From the NCBI RefSeq assembly GCF_009914755.1, contig NC_060939.1: a stretch of DNA of 64,000 nucleotides; one strand, written 5' to 3'. This DNA comes from the human T2T-CHM13v2.0 reference genome, Homo sapiens. The notes below the pieces were generated by a model. It was given only the letters and a program-made list of their open reading frames with translations, was not told the DNA's origin and made no database searches. How positions within the stretch are numbered: position 1 is the first letter of the stretch; every line of letters starts with the position of its first letter. Shown in pieces: positions 26,788 through 42,382 of this stretch. The translations under genes and the position numbers were made by a program.

Positions 26788-29018
26788 TACCACCTACACT
26801 TATCCCTCAACTTCATTACAAAGTAAAAAATAATAAAATAAATCAAAACAAAACTATTTTGTTCAGGTAGCCATGGAAATCTCTTGATCTTGGAGAAGGC
26901 CGGTATCTACTTCAGTGGCTGCCGAGAGTATCTGGACTAAACGTGGGTAATTTATTTTCCCTTGGCGAGTGATAGGTCTCATGGTAGCCATGGGGCCTAG
27001 ATATGGTTGACGAGGGATAAGGGAATTCTCCTAAATGGAGCTTAACGAAAAGCCTTTATTCTGTTCTGTCTGGAATGTAGACATATTATCTGGAGTTGTA
27101 GTAGCCTTCCTGCAACCTCTGGGCAATAAGCATAGAGATAAAAGCTAACATAAGAATAACCCAGCAGAGATATAAAAGCAGACTTATAAACAGTCACATA
27201 AGAAGGATGAATGGATAGAAAAAAATTGTTTGAATTGGAGATTAGCATGCATTGTAAATGTTCTTACAACCTACTTCAATAAACACACCTTTTTCTTTTG
27301 TTATGGAATGTTGTGTCTCCTACATTTTTAAAATAAAAATATTAGCTTCAAAAAAATGTGAGGTGAAAACAGTATTTATATCAGTATTTGGCCTACCAAA
27401 ATACCATTGTACATCTACTATCATATCAAAAATACAGTGCCAGAAATGTAAAACAATATTAATCAATGAAGAGAAAATGTGAGGTCTTAGCAAACAAGCT
27501 ATAAGAGAACAGAAAAGGAGCAACATATTATTAGTATCAAAGAATAATTTATGTCTTTTTTCTAAGTTAGTAAACTGCAAAATTAATCTACAAATGAAAC
27601 TTTACTGGAGAGACTACTCAAGTGTATTCAGATTTACTTGAGTATCTCTTAATCTTAAGCATAGTTTCTTCGAGTTTACACTGTTCTTTTCTCTCTCCCA
27701 AATTGCACCTCATTTAACTCCCACTTAAACCAGCTATTCCCAAAATAATTGTTTTCCTTCACTTACATACTCTTAAAAATCTTCTAACTGAATTTCATAT
27801 CTCCAGAACTAAACACTTTAACATTACGAATATTTTGGTTCCAAAGGGGGGAAATACGATGAAAATGAATTTACCCGAACTTCAGACTTAAACATCTCAC
27901 CCTTACCAGTCAGTATCAATAAACATTTATTGAGTAGCTACAGTGGCCAAGTCACTATGGCATACAGAAATGAAGAGTCAATGCACATAGCAGTGAGGAG
28001 ATACATGCCAAACGAAAAATCTGGAACATAAGTGACAAAAGCTATGTTTCTGATTTAAAACAATTTGCACATCTCTACCTATCCTTCACATTAATTTATA
28101 AGCATAGACAGATAGATACAGTATGTAATATTGTTTTATGTTACACCAGCAAGAAAATTAGTGCCATTAAAGAGATGGAAAAAGAGATATTTTTAAGCTG
28201 CAAAATAGTAGGAGAGAAGAAGGATAGAGTGTATGTGGCCAGGGAGAATGTCGTCATCCAAGCAGGAAATTTTATTAATTCTGAGCAGAAACCATGAGCT
28301 TATGAGTTGGACCCATATGGAATGTAACTATGTCCTGGGGCAGCAAGAAAGAGCCAGAGGGTAACTTCAAGCCTTGGCCTAAGGAATAACATGGTTCAAA
28401 ATGAGGAAGTCAAAATCAGTCTCGGGTGCAGGAGGCAACCACAGGCACTCAGCAAATGCAAATATGGAGGTAGAGCTGGGAGCAGAGGGTGAGGAGGAGA
28501 AAAGTTTCACCTCTAACATGACTCCCAGAGGCCTGTCAGAGTCAAGGTCCTGCATTCTTAGATGCAAGCTGAATGCTGAATGTGTGGGAAGCACAGAAGG
28601 GAGTGGGTAGGGAGGATGTTGAGTGGTGGAACTACAGATAATACAGAGCCCAGAAACAGCCCTGGGCTACCGCAGGAGTAATAGAAGTAAGTGGGATCAG
28701 CAGGTGACGTCATCCACCTGCACAGCTAGGTTCCCGCCCAGACTAATGATGGGGCTGAGGCAGTGCGCATTCCATCTGTTACACAGGTGGACAATTCCTA
28801 AGTCAACAGATGATAAGAAAAAGCACCTATAATACAATTTTCATTTGATAACTGAGAATAAGCTACAAGGTAAATTTGAACTGGGAAAACCCATGCATGT
28901 GTTGGTGGGACAAACTATTTCTTAAATTGGATTTGAATATTTGAAGCAGACATACCATCCCTATTTGTAACTTTTACCAAAGTTCATGGTAATACAGTAG
29001 AAAGATGGACACAGTGAC

Positions 29019-29070
29019 AGTTACTAGTTTATCACCTTACAGGAAGTTACTAGTCTATCACCTTACAGGA
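29019..29070 (+). repeat. 26-bp tandem duplication (25/26 identical)
   Basis: agttactagt(t/c)tatcaccttacagga x2. Confidence 0.95.
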
Positions 29071-30029
29071 ACTTCTTTAAATTAAATATATTTTTACGTA
29101 AATTAAATATGCAATGCACAGGCAATATATTTCTATCTCTTTTCTTCCTGAACTAGGCTGCATTGGTCAGGGAAACTAAATTTGGAAACTAGAACACTGG
29201 CCTGACTGGCTCCGAACTGTCTCAGTTCCCTATGCGTGATCTGGTGGAGCCTCCAGAATTGGAAGACTTGGACTCTCTACTCACTCTGCCTCATCAAGCG
29301 ATGTGGCTTTGGGTGACTCTTGGCCCATTCCTGAGATTCTACTTATGCTTTGAGAAATGGAATGGCTGTTGACAAAATCCCATCTCCCTACAAGAATAAA
29401 TGCTAACCTGCTACGAAAATTCTCAAGAACTCTGTAAATATAGCCAATATTCTTAATAGTGGTCAAGGAGATATAGACATCTGTCTTAAGGTTTTGGGGC
29501 TCATGCACAATTCTGAAAGCCATATGTATTTGAGATTGTCCTAAGCTCTAGTGTCTCCATTCTTGCAATTTGCCTGCCATCCAAGTACACCCTCTAAGAA
29601 AAATAACTCTATATCACCTGACTTCACAATGAACAGAAAAAGAGAGAAATATGCTGCTGAAGCCAATTACTGAATAGCAGAATTAAGTCCAAGAGGATGC
29701 CACATTGAGCTGGAATAGAATGTCCAAATTTGAAGGTCCAAAAAGAGGTTAGAAAATCGGGAAACCATAAGGGCACGGAAGAAGATTGTAAAGGCTGAAA
29801 TGAGAGAAGATGGTCTTGATGAAGAATGGCTGAATTTTTACATCATTCCACCACAGACTTAAAACAGTTGAGGTACATTTGCAAATTCTGTCTTAGCTTA
29901 GTCTCAGGACATGAGCTCTATATTATAATTATTTCTGTTCTATCAGGATTTAACAATCCGTGTTTAAGTTCTCAAGAAAAACAATGTATCTAAGGATTGT
30001 TAGGAAAATGTACTGTATAAAGACATATG

Positions 30030-30672
<643 letters not shown>

Positions 30673-31063
30673 TTAAAGCCTTTGAATTTGGAGCTCTTGG
30701 CCAACTGTCCCCATCCAACCCTCACTACCAAAAATCTAATTATAATGCCAGGGACATATTTAGGTAAAGAGGAGAAGGGAACCATGCCCATCTATGATTC
30801 AAGTATGTTTCCTTAAATCTGGGGTACAAAGTCACACTTCTGGTTTCAACTCAAGTTAATACATCTTATTACAAGGCCAGTCTCCAGGCTGCCCATGAGA
30901 AACTCAGGAGGAGCTTATCAAATACAGAAGTTCATAGGAATACTCTACCCCACCCCTACTGAATCTGGACCTCCACTGATAAATCTGTAAATCAATTGAG
31001 ATACCACTGAATGAAAGTAAAAGAAGACCAATTGCAGAATAGTTTATATAAGAAGGTGATTTA

Positions 31064-31815
<752 letters not shown>

Positions 31816-33567
31816 AAAGGAAGTTTTTTTCTCCCCTACATCTCCCAGCGCCTCCACACTATCAGGAATATACGAACTTGTTGTCTGCCAGTGTCCAGAA
31901 TTTAATATATAAGGAACAGACATTATGAGTGCTGGGCTGCTTAAAGAACAAAAAGACAGCACCAAGTTAAATAACCCAAAGATCATACCTGGAGGAATAA
32001 AAGGGAAGTGGTTGTGGTTATCAGATCTTGGGAGCAAAGAGGAGGAACTTCGTGGTGCTTGGGCTCAGACCTCCAATGAGGAAACATTTCTAGGCTGCTA
32101 CTCAAACTTCTGAAAGGACACAATTAGGCTGTTCTGTGAGTCGAGAATGAACGAGGGGCAGGAAACAGCTGCCATAGTTGGAACGATGCTGAAAGGGACA
32201 GGAAGCAAACAGGCAAGACTGGGTGGTGCCTTCCTCCTCCTTTAGCCTCACTCTCTATCGCCCGCTATTTGCAGAGCCTATAACATGGGCAGCTGGCAAA
32301 GCAGAAGTGTGGTTTCAGAGTCTCCCTCTCAATACCACAAAAGGTGTGTTGGAAGCTGGGAACCAATACGCGTATGACTGGCATTGCATTCGCCTCTTTC
32401 TCCTCAGCCTCCAATTAAAAAGTGCCTAGGGAAATGATGATTTTAGTTAGCATTTACTCAAGAAGCATCGGGGGAAAGTAATTTATATACGCTCTCCTCT
32501 GACCATATTTAGCACTGATTGTTTCAAAAACTAGAGGAAAAGCTAATACAAACACCACTTTAAGAAAAAAACTGTGTTGGTTTAATGATTATTCTCATGC
32601 AGTCAGTTCTAAATTATTATCTCTTCATTGACTCAGAAACACAGTATATTCATTTCAGATCTTTATGATATTAGTTTATAGATCACTAGAAAAAACAAAC
32701 AAACATAGAAAGATCACAGTGTATCTACCCTTTTCCCTGTATGTCTCACACCAGCCTGTAACCAGAAGCTAAAAAATTCTAACCTGAAACATAAGAAAAT
32801 AGAATAAGGACACATCATATTTCAGAGAATTCTAGTAATAAGTATATTTATCAAAAATTTTAACCACTGTTTCTATGTGAGCGCTCGAAATCTTTTTGTC
32901 AATGAGAAAATAAGTACTTTCTAATAAGTAAAAATATCGACAAGAGCTCTTGTCCCATTAGGCTGTTAAAAATACACTTGGAAATAAGTGAAGAAATTTG
33001 TTGCTAAAGTATATAATCTTTATTGGCAATAACTAAAAGATTGGTTATGTTTTGTCAGCAATTGAGACAAAATTTGAGTCTGAAGTCAATAGAGGATTTC
33101 ATTTTCCAACTCTACTGCTTACTTATCAGCTTTCATAGAGGAAATTTGCAAAATAATACTGAATACATTGCTGCACATCAGGTTCTTTGTGATTGGATGC
33201 TTACTCTCCTCTTTTAAGTATCCATAAAGATCACCTTTCAAAGGGTGTACAATAGAAGCGAGATGCAAATAACTAAAAGAGGAAATAACTGGACTGTGTC
33301 TTTTTACCCTATGAATTAATTTCCGACTCATATTTATCACAATGCTATGAAAGAAAAGGAACCCTAAATATTGGTAGAAAAAGAGAGAAAAAAAAAAACT
33401 AATTTATCCGCCTCTTTAGCACTGTTGAGGCAGGCATTCATTTTTCTGAAGTATTAAACTAAAAGAAGAAAAGATGTTTATTTGTAACCCACCCATTCCC
33501 ATCCCCAGATTCAGATTCCACTACACCACAAAAACTCTTAACATGATTTGGGAGATTCCCTCATTTC

Positions 33568-33608
33568 ATACACACACACACACACACACAAACGCACACA
33601 CACACACA
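33568..33608 (+). repeat. Interrupted (CA)n
   Basis: Read directly from the sequence. Confidence 0.9.
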
Positions 33609-33675
33609 GAGCAGAGGCAAATTATATCGCGCTGGAGGTGATTCCCTGCCCTCCAGGGCTGGATGGTAAAGAAGT

Positions 33676-33971
33676 TTTATTTTATTTTATTTATTTTATT
33701 TTGAAACAGGGTCTTGCTCTGTCACTCAGGCTTGGTTTGCAGTGGTGCAATCGTGGCTCACTGCAGCCTCAACATCCTGGGCTCAAGTGATTCTCTCACC
33801 TCTTCCTCCCAAGTAGCTGGGACTACAGGCATACATCACCACATCCAGCTAACTTTTAAATTTTTTGTAGAGACTTGGTCTCACAATGTTGCCCCAGCTG
33901 GTCTCAAACTCCTGAGCTCAGGTGATCCTCCCACCTTGGCCTCCCAAATTGCTGGGATTACACACCTGACC
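33676..33971 (-). mobile_element. AluJ
   Basis: tcgtggctcactgcagcctcaac; (ATTTT)n tail. Confidence 0.9.
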
Positions 33972-35192
33972 AGTAAGTTTTATCCACGAACACCCTGAAG
34001 AAGCAGTTGAAATGAAGATGCTCTTTGCCAACAGAATGGGGTTTGATAATTGGGTCTGACTCAATCTTTCTCATGTAGAACATGAGGTCTTTCTTCACTC
34101 TTGGAATATGTAAAGTGTGTTGTATGTGACGGGGAAGTTAGTTCCTTCCTCTATCCCGATGATAACTCAATTAAAACTCTCTGATGAATCAACAAATGCC
34201 AAGTAAGCAAAATAGAAGTCTATCCTGGAGATAAAACAGGGAAGCATGTTGTCTAGTGAAAATGTCATCCATTATTTATTACAAAAGAGATGGAAGTCAA
34301 AGAAACCTTAGACCTATGAAAGGTAAAGGTAGTTTTCTTGTGGGTCTTTCTTCTGTACTATTTTAATTCTCTCTATATATTTTTCTAGCCCTCATTCTTG
34401 AAAAGAGTCATTCTAGGAACATAAAATTAGGTTGAAAAGGAAGAACAATATACTCTTTTTCCCAAAGTTCATTTGCAGTTCATTTCTAGCAAGTCCAAAT
34501 AGATAAGATTCTTTGAGGTCTGCATGAAGACTATTTCTTTTATGTTAGCGATGCTGGGGCATGTTATTGGGCTGTGTGGACCTGTTTTTCCAAGGGCTTC
34601 TACCACCAGAGCTATCTGAAACCATCAGACTCCTTTCTTGCCTTCATGAGATAACTCATTGTTATGAACCTGCCGTCAAGGTCATTCTGGTTTCAGGGGC
34701 AAAAGGTAAATGGACTGTTAGTGCATGGAGGGAGAATGAAGCATAAAGTTCAGTTCCAATGATCATATATCCAATCCAGAGTCCAGGAGGGAGCAGTCAT
34801 TCTCAGATATGGGCTACACAGTCCAGGGTGCAATCTATTTTAAATATTTAAATATATGGTATGTGATCCTCCGTCTGTGCTCTTTCCCTGGGCCTCCCAA
34901 ATGTTACCGGTGGGTTTGGGAAAGTGCTTCATAATTTTTAGTTGGACTGACGGTAATTGACTCTGGATCACAATTAGTCATAGTCTCCAAATTGCTTGTA
35001 AATCCATAATTTAAAAGCATATGTTTTTAGTAATTGTCTAAGCTATATATGCAAATAATATATCAGTGTTTAGATGGAAAACACATCTAAATGGTTGAGG
35101 CAGGCAATGTCAATATTACTTATCTCCAGTTGACTGTTTTCAATTCAACCCAAACTTGGTGAGATACATTTTAGCCAGGATTGTGTGATATA

Positions 35193-35480
35193 ATGATGAT
35201 GGTGGTGGTGGTGGTGATGATGATGATGATGATGATTTTAAAACTGCTAATATTTACTAAGAATTTATTAGGCTGTAATTCTACGGACCATATGCATGGT
35301 AACAATACCTATAACCACTCTCTAACATTGATACTATTTATCTCTATTTTATAAAAGATGAAACATAAGCACAGAAAGGTAAAGTAACTCACCCAATGGC
35401 ACACAGTTAGGAATTGCAGAGCAAGCCATCAACTGCAGGCAGTTTTACTTCAGAACATGGACTCTTAAATACTATGCTGT
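35193..35480 (-). mobile_element. (GAT/GGT)n followed by a MIR
   Basis: gatgaaacataagcacagaaaggtaaagtaactcacccaa. Confidence 0.7.
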
Positions 35481-36019
35481 CAAGTAACTCCCCAAGGAAC
35501 ACTCCATTTAGAAGCATCTGATGAATTTTGAAATGTGACTCCTGACTACATCACCCTAAGCTCAGTGGGGACATATGGTCACACTAGAAAATAAATTTCA
35601 GAGACCTAAGTCCTAGCAGTGACTATCTAGATAATGTTTGAAAACATTTATCTAATGATGAAGTCATTCTATCATGATTGGGTCAGGAATTTTATCCCAT
35701 GAGGAAGAAAATTTAAGGAAATAGGGGATATTATATAATCAGTGCGGTAAATAAAAATAAAGAACTTACTGGGGATGGGGACCCCAGTTTTATAAAGGTA
35801 CACAAAGCCATCCAGGCAAAGTCGTTTTTTGTTGTTCTTAACTAGAGGCTGTGAACTAAGCATAACATCAGAATCATTCCATCCCGGTTCTCGTAAACAA
35901 GAAGCTGCCACAGAAATAGAAAAGGGGATGGCTGACGGCAAGTAATGACTGAAAAATCAAGCCAACATTGAGAATTAGCTCCCAGTTTTACACTCCCCTT
36001 GGCATCTAGAAGAGCAGTG

Positions 36020-36225
36020 ATGAAATTCTAGGGCACTGGTCACACAGTCTCAGGTTTCCACCTGTGTCTGTCACTGCTCGTCTAACATGACCTTGGCAAG
36101 TCACTTCAATTCTGTAGCATGGTGAAGATCTTAGTTATGCCTAACTCACTAAGGTTTCATGATTCAATGAGTGAAATAATAAATGAAAAGTGCTGAACAC
36201 AGAGTCTGGTGCAGAGCAGAAACTC
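36020..36225 (+). mobile_element. MIR
   Basis: tgaccttggcaagtcactt...aaagtgctgaacacag. Confidence 0.7.
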
Positions 36226-36501
36226 AGGAACCTTAGCCAAAAGCCTTGTAGTGGTTCTTGACTCTTCCCTTTCATACTCTACGTGAGATTCCTCAGACAA
36301 TCCTTGGGCTCTGCCTTCAACGTGCATCCGGATTCTACCCTCGCTCACTTCCATGGCCACCTGGTCCAAGCCAGAGGCATCTCTTACATGGCTATAGCAA
36401 TAGCCTTCTAACAGGTCTTATTTCTTCCTCCTGTTTTTTACAAACAATTTTCAGAGCAGTCAACATATTCTGCTAAAATTGTAGTCAGAATATATCACTC
36501 T

Positions 36502-36900
36502 TGTTAAAAGAGAACCTTAGACAAATTAAATTTAAAATAGTTTAATTGAGCAAAGGACAATTCCCAAATTGGGCAGCCCCCAAACCAGAATAAGTTCAGG
36601 CAGATCCTGGAGCTGTGCACAGTCAGATAAAATTATGGGCAGAAAAAGGAGAATGACATGCAGAAAACCGAAGTGAGATATAGAAACAGCTGGATTGGTT
36701 ACAGCTCAGTGTTCGCCTTATTTAAACCCGGTTTGAACAGTTGGCCACCTGTGATTGGCAGAAACTCAGTGATTGACACGAGAGTAGGTTATAGTCTGTT
36801 TACACATCCAGTTAGTTTACAGCTCACTATGTAAGAAGAGTCCTTCAGGCTGAACTTGAAATATGTAAGGAGGCAGCTTTAGGATAAGCTTAATTTAACA
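36502..36900 (-). mobile_element. MER57-family solo LTR
   Basis: TG...CA; ggaggcagctttagg...aatttaaca; 4-bp TSD ctct. Confidence 0.85.
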
Positions 36901-37410
36901 CTCTGCTGCTTGAAACTCTCCAGTAGTTTACCATCTCATCTAGAAAAAACATAAATACTGCAAAGATTTACAGCATCCGTGCCCCCATTCATCACCCCTT
37001 TCTCTCCGGTTTTAACTTCGACAGCTCATCCCCTGCCCCTGCCTCCAGCTACCCTGAGTACCTGGTGCTCTCCAACCCACAGAGCACAACTCCTGCCTTG
37101 AGAGCTGCTTCTCCCACTGGAAGGCTCTTCCCAGTCCTGTTCACCTGACTCTTGCCCGCTCTTCTCTCAAGTCATTGCTCAGATGTCCACCCCTCAGTGA
37201 TAATCTGAGGGCTTGACACCCAATCATGGCCACTCCTCCTCCATGTTTATTCTTTTTTCCCCCAGTACTCACCACCATTGGGCATACTATACTATACTAT
37301 ACATATGCATGTGTGTGTGTGTATATATGATGTGTGTGTGTATTTTACTTATTCATTTCTTCTTTGTCTCCCATTTGTCTCCCATCACTAGATTGCAAAC
37401 TCCATGAAGA

Positions 37411-38000
37411 TGCTGGGGCTCAGGCTGATACCCCACAACTGGGTGCCTTGACATGCTGAACTGAGAAAGAAGCATCAAGTTCTCTCTGACCTTCTCCATC
37501 CCCTCTGTCTCTCCCAAAGCACAGGATGAAGTTGCTCTCTGAAGTTTCCTTATCTGCCTGAAGTCCAGATTCACCAAAGAAGGAAATTACCTTTGGCCCC
37601 TTTTTGGAATTTTCATTAACTGAACTCATATCTCAGGAAGAAAGACTGCAGTCGGTCAACACACCAGGACAGAGTTTTGTCACAAGCATTGTCTGCTGCA
37701 TGGGCCAAACAGACTTTGTCCCTGGCCATTGTATGTGTTTCAAGCCCATTGACTTCCCATATAAATTGTTTACTATCCCTCTAAAATCATCCACACTTCC
37801 CCACCTCCCTTCCCTTTAAGAAAAAGGGTATGTAACCATCTGTACCCCATTGCATGGTGGGATAATCACTCTTTGATTCCCCACCCCTTCCGTGCATGTT
37901 ATTAAGTTTGTGTGCCTTTTCTCCTATTAATCTGCCTTTTGTCAGCTGACTTTCAGCAAACCTTCGGAGGGAAAAGGGACATTTTCCCTTGGGCTCTACA
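37411..38000 (+). mobile_element. MER39/MER34-family solo LTR
   Basis: tgctggggctcagg...gatacccca...ttgacatgctgaac; ends cccttgggctctaca. Confidence 0.75.
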
Positions 38001-38366
38001 AGGACAAGAATTTGTTCACAATGACATCCCCAGTGGCTATACCACAGTACCTAGCACACAGTGGGCACTGAATACATATTTGACAAATAAATGCATTAAT
38101 AAAAATAAATTAGTAAATATGAGCAATTGTTACTTTGCAATAAATACTATTATTTATGCATGGTGGTAAGTAATTATCTACCCCATAAAGCATGCAGCCA
38201 AAGTGGAATAAATATGAAATATGGACAAGAACACAGAACATGCACTAAAGAAGAAGACACGCCCATTGGGCTAAAGAATCCTCTTAAAGGAATATCTGAG
38301 GGGGAAGAATGCAAAAAAAACAGAACAAAACAAAACAAAACAACAATAACAACAACAATAACCTAT

Positions 38367-38723
38367 TGTATTAGTCTGTTCTCATGCTGCTAATAAAGAC
38401 ATACCTGAGACAAGTAAGTTATAAAGGAAAAGAGGTTTAATGGACTCACAGGTCCACATGGCTGGAGAGGCCTCACAATCAAGGCAGAAAGTGAAGGGGA
38501 AGCAAGACATATCTTACACGGTGGCAGACAAGAGAGAGCTTGTGCAGGGGATCTCCCATTTATAAAACCATCAGATCTCGTGAGACTTATCCACTACCAG
38601 GAGAACAGTATGGGGGAAACAGCACCCATGATTCAATTGTCTCCACCAGGCCTTGTCCTTGACACAAGGTGATTATTATAAATCAAGGTGAGATTTGGAT
38701 GAGGACACAGCCAAACCACATCA
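38367..38723 (-). mobile_element. THE1 solo LTR
   Basis: tgtattagtctgttctcatgctgctaataaagac...ccaaaccacatca; TSD cctat/cctac. Confidence 0.92.
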
Positions 38724-39231
38724 CCTACTGTTGGTAAAACTAACCTCTACTTTAAAAGTCAACCCAACATAATAACAATTACAATGGGAAGGGTTTGAAA
38801 ATATATCAGAACATATTTTTCTGTACCTTTGACCACGTTTCTGCAAGTAGCTATTCCGGCAAAAACTGCTATTCTGTTATATTTTCCAGAAGGATTTCAC
38901 TCCTCCCCTTCACGCCCTAAGCAAAAGTGCCAGAAAACAACAGTCATCACAATGACCTCAACACTGATGAGAAAGATTAGCAACAATCTGAATAACTGTC
39001 TCATGTTGCAAGGGTTATTTATTATTCCTTTTTTGTTAGTTATCACATAGAACAGGTTGGCAGAGGTGAACAACAGTGGGGAGAAAGTCAAAACATTCTC
39101 CAAAGAAGCAAGTAGAATCAACTCACACTGACACCAGGAAGAAGTCTGCAGGGCCTGTGCAGTGGAGACAAGAGCTTCTATTGCAGGAAAGCCTTCTCCT
39201 TATGGAACTCAAGATGAAGTTAGTGATTTAT

Positions 39232-39369
39232 TTGACATGCTGAATTGAAAAAGAAGCATCAAGTTCTCTCTGACCTCTCCATCCCCTCTGTCTCTTCCAA
39301 AGCACAGGATGAAGTTATTCTCTGAAGTCTTCTTATCTGTCTGAAGTCCAGACTTACCAATGAAGAAAA
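39232..39369 (+). repeat. Internal MER39-like fragment, ~90% identical to 37448-37585
   Basis: Manual alignment; about 13 differences in ~138 bp. Confidence 0.85.
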
Positions 39370-42300
39370 CACTTATCTCAGAGTAATTGACAATGACTCT
39401 AATAGCAGCTAATTTTTTTTGTTCAAATCTAACTCATTATGTAAACTTCCATTTCTCAAAGAACTGAAATCCCCAAGTCTGGACTGCCTCTCTGCCCTCA
39501 GGGGTTAGTGACAGGGGCATGCAGACCCACCCTGTGCTTGTACCCCTACCACTCAGGATGAGTCTCTGACACCTCTGGGATGACACATCACCCCTGCCAC
39601 TCCCTGCCCAGATGCACTGCACCACCTACATGGGTCACCGTCAGGCATAACGATGAGCCATCTGAATAATGACATCAGTTCTGGAATGTAAATAAGACAG
39701 CCGCCTATTCCATCCCACAGTGTGGAAGTTGAGTCAACACAGTCCTTTGAAGCTACAGCAGCGTGTGTTTTAATCAATGTCTGTGTCAGAGGTGAGACAG
39801 CTACCCTTTACCTGCGAGATGGCCTGTGACCTTTCACCTGTCAACAAGGCTCATTTGCAACAACTAACTCTTAGTCATTACCTGAAAATTCCATGTCATA
39901 AATAGAAGGCGCATCCCTGAGAGGTCAGTGGACAGATGGAAGGCAAATCCTGCCCAAACCATGCATGGCACCTTGCAGAAGAGAGGCAGAGCTGCCTGTG
40001 CTCCCCCACCCAAGTCAGGTGCTGTTCCCCTTTCTCAAGCAGGCCCCCAATTACTGTGGTTTTTCTGGGCTTCATGGCTAGCCAGCTCACCACGACAGCA
40101 CAATACCGTGTTCTCACTCTCCACGCAACCAGCTATTTATAACTGCAGGATGCCAGGCTTGCATAGAGCAGTGTGACACTTCCAGAAAGTCGCACTGCTA
40201 TTTTAGCAATCTCCTAACGAGGAGCACCAACAGACACAGCCTGTCCTCGCCAGGCAGAGGGAGTGAAAGTGTTCTGGAAGAGGAAGACTGCAATTTGTGC
40301 TTGTGTGTGTGTTTTATTTTTTAACCTGGGATGCCATTTAGCAATCTTAAAGGGACTGTCCTTCTCAGCCACCTCCCCCAACCCCCCAGCTGTCTTGATT
40401 AGTGGCTCTGTGTATGCTGGTCAGATCTGGGGATTAATGATGGCTAATTTGCCCGAGGTTGGTGCAGCCCAGGCAGCAGACGTTGCACAACCAGCTTTTG
40501 CTGCCATATGGGCGGAAGCAGCTGTTTCAATTACTTTCTGTGCCCAGATGTGTCAGACGAGCCACCAGTCCTCTGCGGGGTACATCAGCCGCACGGCAGC
40601 TAATTGCTTCAATCGCATGTGGAAGCGTGGTGCTGGGTACTGTGAAAGGGGGTTTTGGGGACAGCCAAGTGCCAGCTGTCGTCACGGCTCACAATGCCAG
40701 CAAGCTGAGAGGCTGAGACTAGACTTCAGTCTTCACTTGCTGGCCTACCTCGATGATACCTGGTCTGGCTGTGTCTTTGTGAGTTGTACACAATGGCGGC
40801 ACAGAGACAGGTAACTTAACATGCGCTAGGCTGGGGTGTGTTTACGTCTCTGTGTCAGGAGCAGATGAAATTTGGGGCCCATGCTCTGTGGATACCAAAG
40901 ACACCAAAATTACATGATTTCAATTAACATGCAGTTCAGGCTGGCCATTTGAATTTAAAGCTTCCAGGCACATTTTTAAAGGTTATAATCCCTCCTCCTG
41001 GAGCCCAGACGGTGATCAATGAATCAAAGTGTGTGTTACGTTTTCTTGTGTATCACTGAGCCAAAGGGGGATGGGAATGAAAGGTAGGCTAGCACCCATT
41101 CCCCTCTGCACTGTCCTAGGCTCTTTAGAAAAGAATCAGAAACATACCTTAAATATATACAATAAAATTTATTTAAGGAAAAAAAGAAATGGAAACAAAT
41201 ATCATGCAAAGATGTCATCTTTCCATTGTTTGGAGTAGGAGTGGTGATGGGAAAACCTGGGGTAAATAGGAAGCTGTTATCATCATCATAATACATCTAT
41301 TTAGGAAAAGAACAAACATTTGTTTTGTGCTAATTCTATGGTAATCAGGGTGATTGTACTGTACATAGCTACTGGTTGTTGCCATGGTTATTTCAAGCAG
41401 TTTGTGGTTATTAATGGCCTAGAATAATCCACAGTACTCAGTTTGAGACCTTTCATCAGAAACATGAGTACTAATTTCAGTCTCACATCCCAACATTTTT
41501 GGAGCCCAAAATAAGTTTCCTTTCTCTTAGCTTTGTATATTATGTGGCATCTAATCTGTGTTATGAAATGGTTTGCTCCCTTTTTCACATTACTTCTCCT
41601 CAAAAACACCTTTAAAAAAAAAACACCTTTTGACTACAGATCTATAGTATGATTAACAGAGCTCAGCGTTTTTCTACTGATCTATTGATGAATATGTATT
41701 AATGCAACCTAGCCAAAAACTGCATTGAGAGAATGAACATGTAATCTGTGTTCATGGACTCCTCTTTCATAGTCAAACCATGCATGGAGTCTGTGAACTA
41801 CCCATCTCCGGCCCAGTAAACCAGTGCTTCAACACTGGCCTGCCTGCCTGCCTAATGTTACATCTCGAGTTGAATCTTCCTTGAGTCTGGAAAACAGTTA
41901 TTCATTTCCCTCCTGAAGCTGGCCACTCCAAGCAAATCACAATATACTAGTTTTGTTGTCGTTGTTGTTATTATTATTATTAATGAATGTGGTAGTGGTG
42001 CGTGTCTATGTCTTCAAGAAGATAGTCATCAAGAACTATGTTTCTTAAGAAAAATATCAATAGAATTTTTAGAGACTGAGTACCAATGAGCATTGTTTGA
42101 GATATTTGTGATCCTGAGCACCAGACAAATTGGATCAACTCTTCCTAAAATCAGGAAGCTGGCATGAGTTTCATCTATCAATTGAGATATAACAAATGAC
42201 CCCCAGATTAAGTGGCATAAAACCATAAGGACTTTCTATTTCCCATGCTTTTGCGTTGGCCTGGACAGTTCCGCTATACACACCATTCACAAGGAGGCTG

Positions 42301-42382
42301 GGTTCAGCGGGCAGCCGGGCTGGGCTGGGCCGGATGTTCTCCAGGCAGGCATCCTGCATCCAGGCCTTGGTGCTCACTGTCA

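Larger units (their letters stand above)
36240..38100 (+). mobile_element. L2 (L2a-like) 3' region, interrupted by two LTRs
   Basis: ctggtccaagcc...gcaatagccttctaacaggtct; end acacagtgggcactgaatacatatttg. Confidence 0.75.

Noticed and set aside
40263-40814. 183-aa ORF
   Set aside because: GTG start, no recognisable domain; better explained as a chance ORF in GC-rich non-coding DNA unless PhyloCSF or ribosome profiling shows otherwise.
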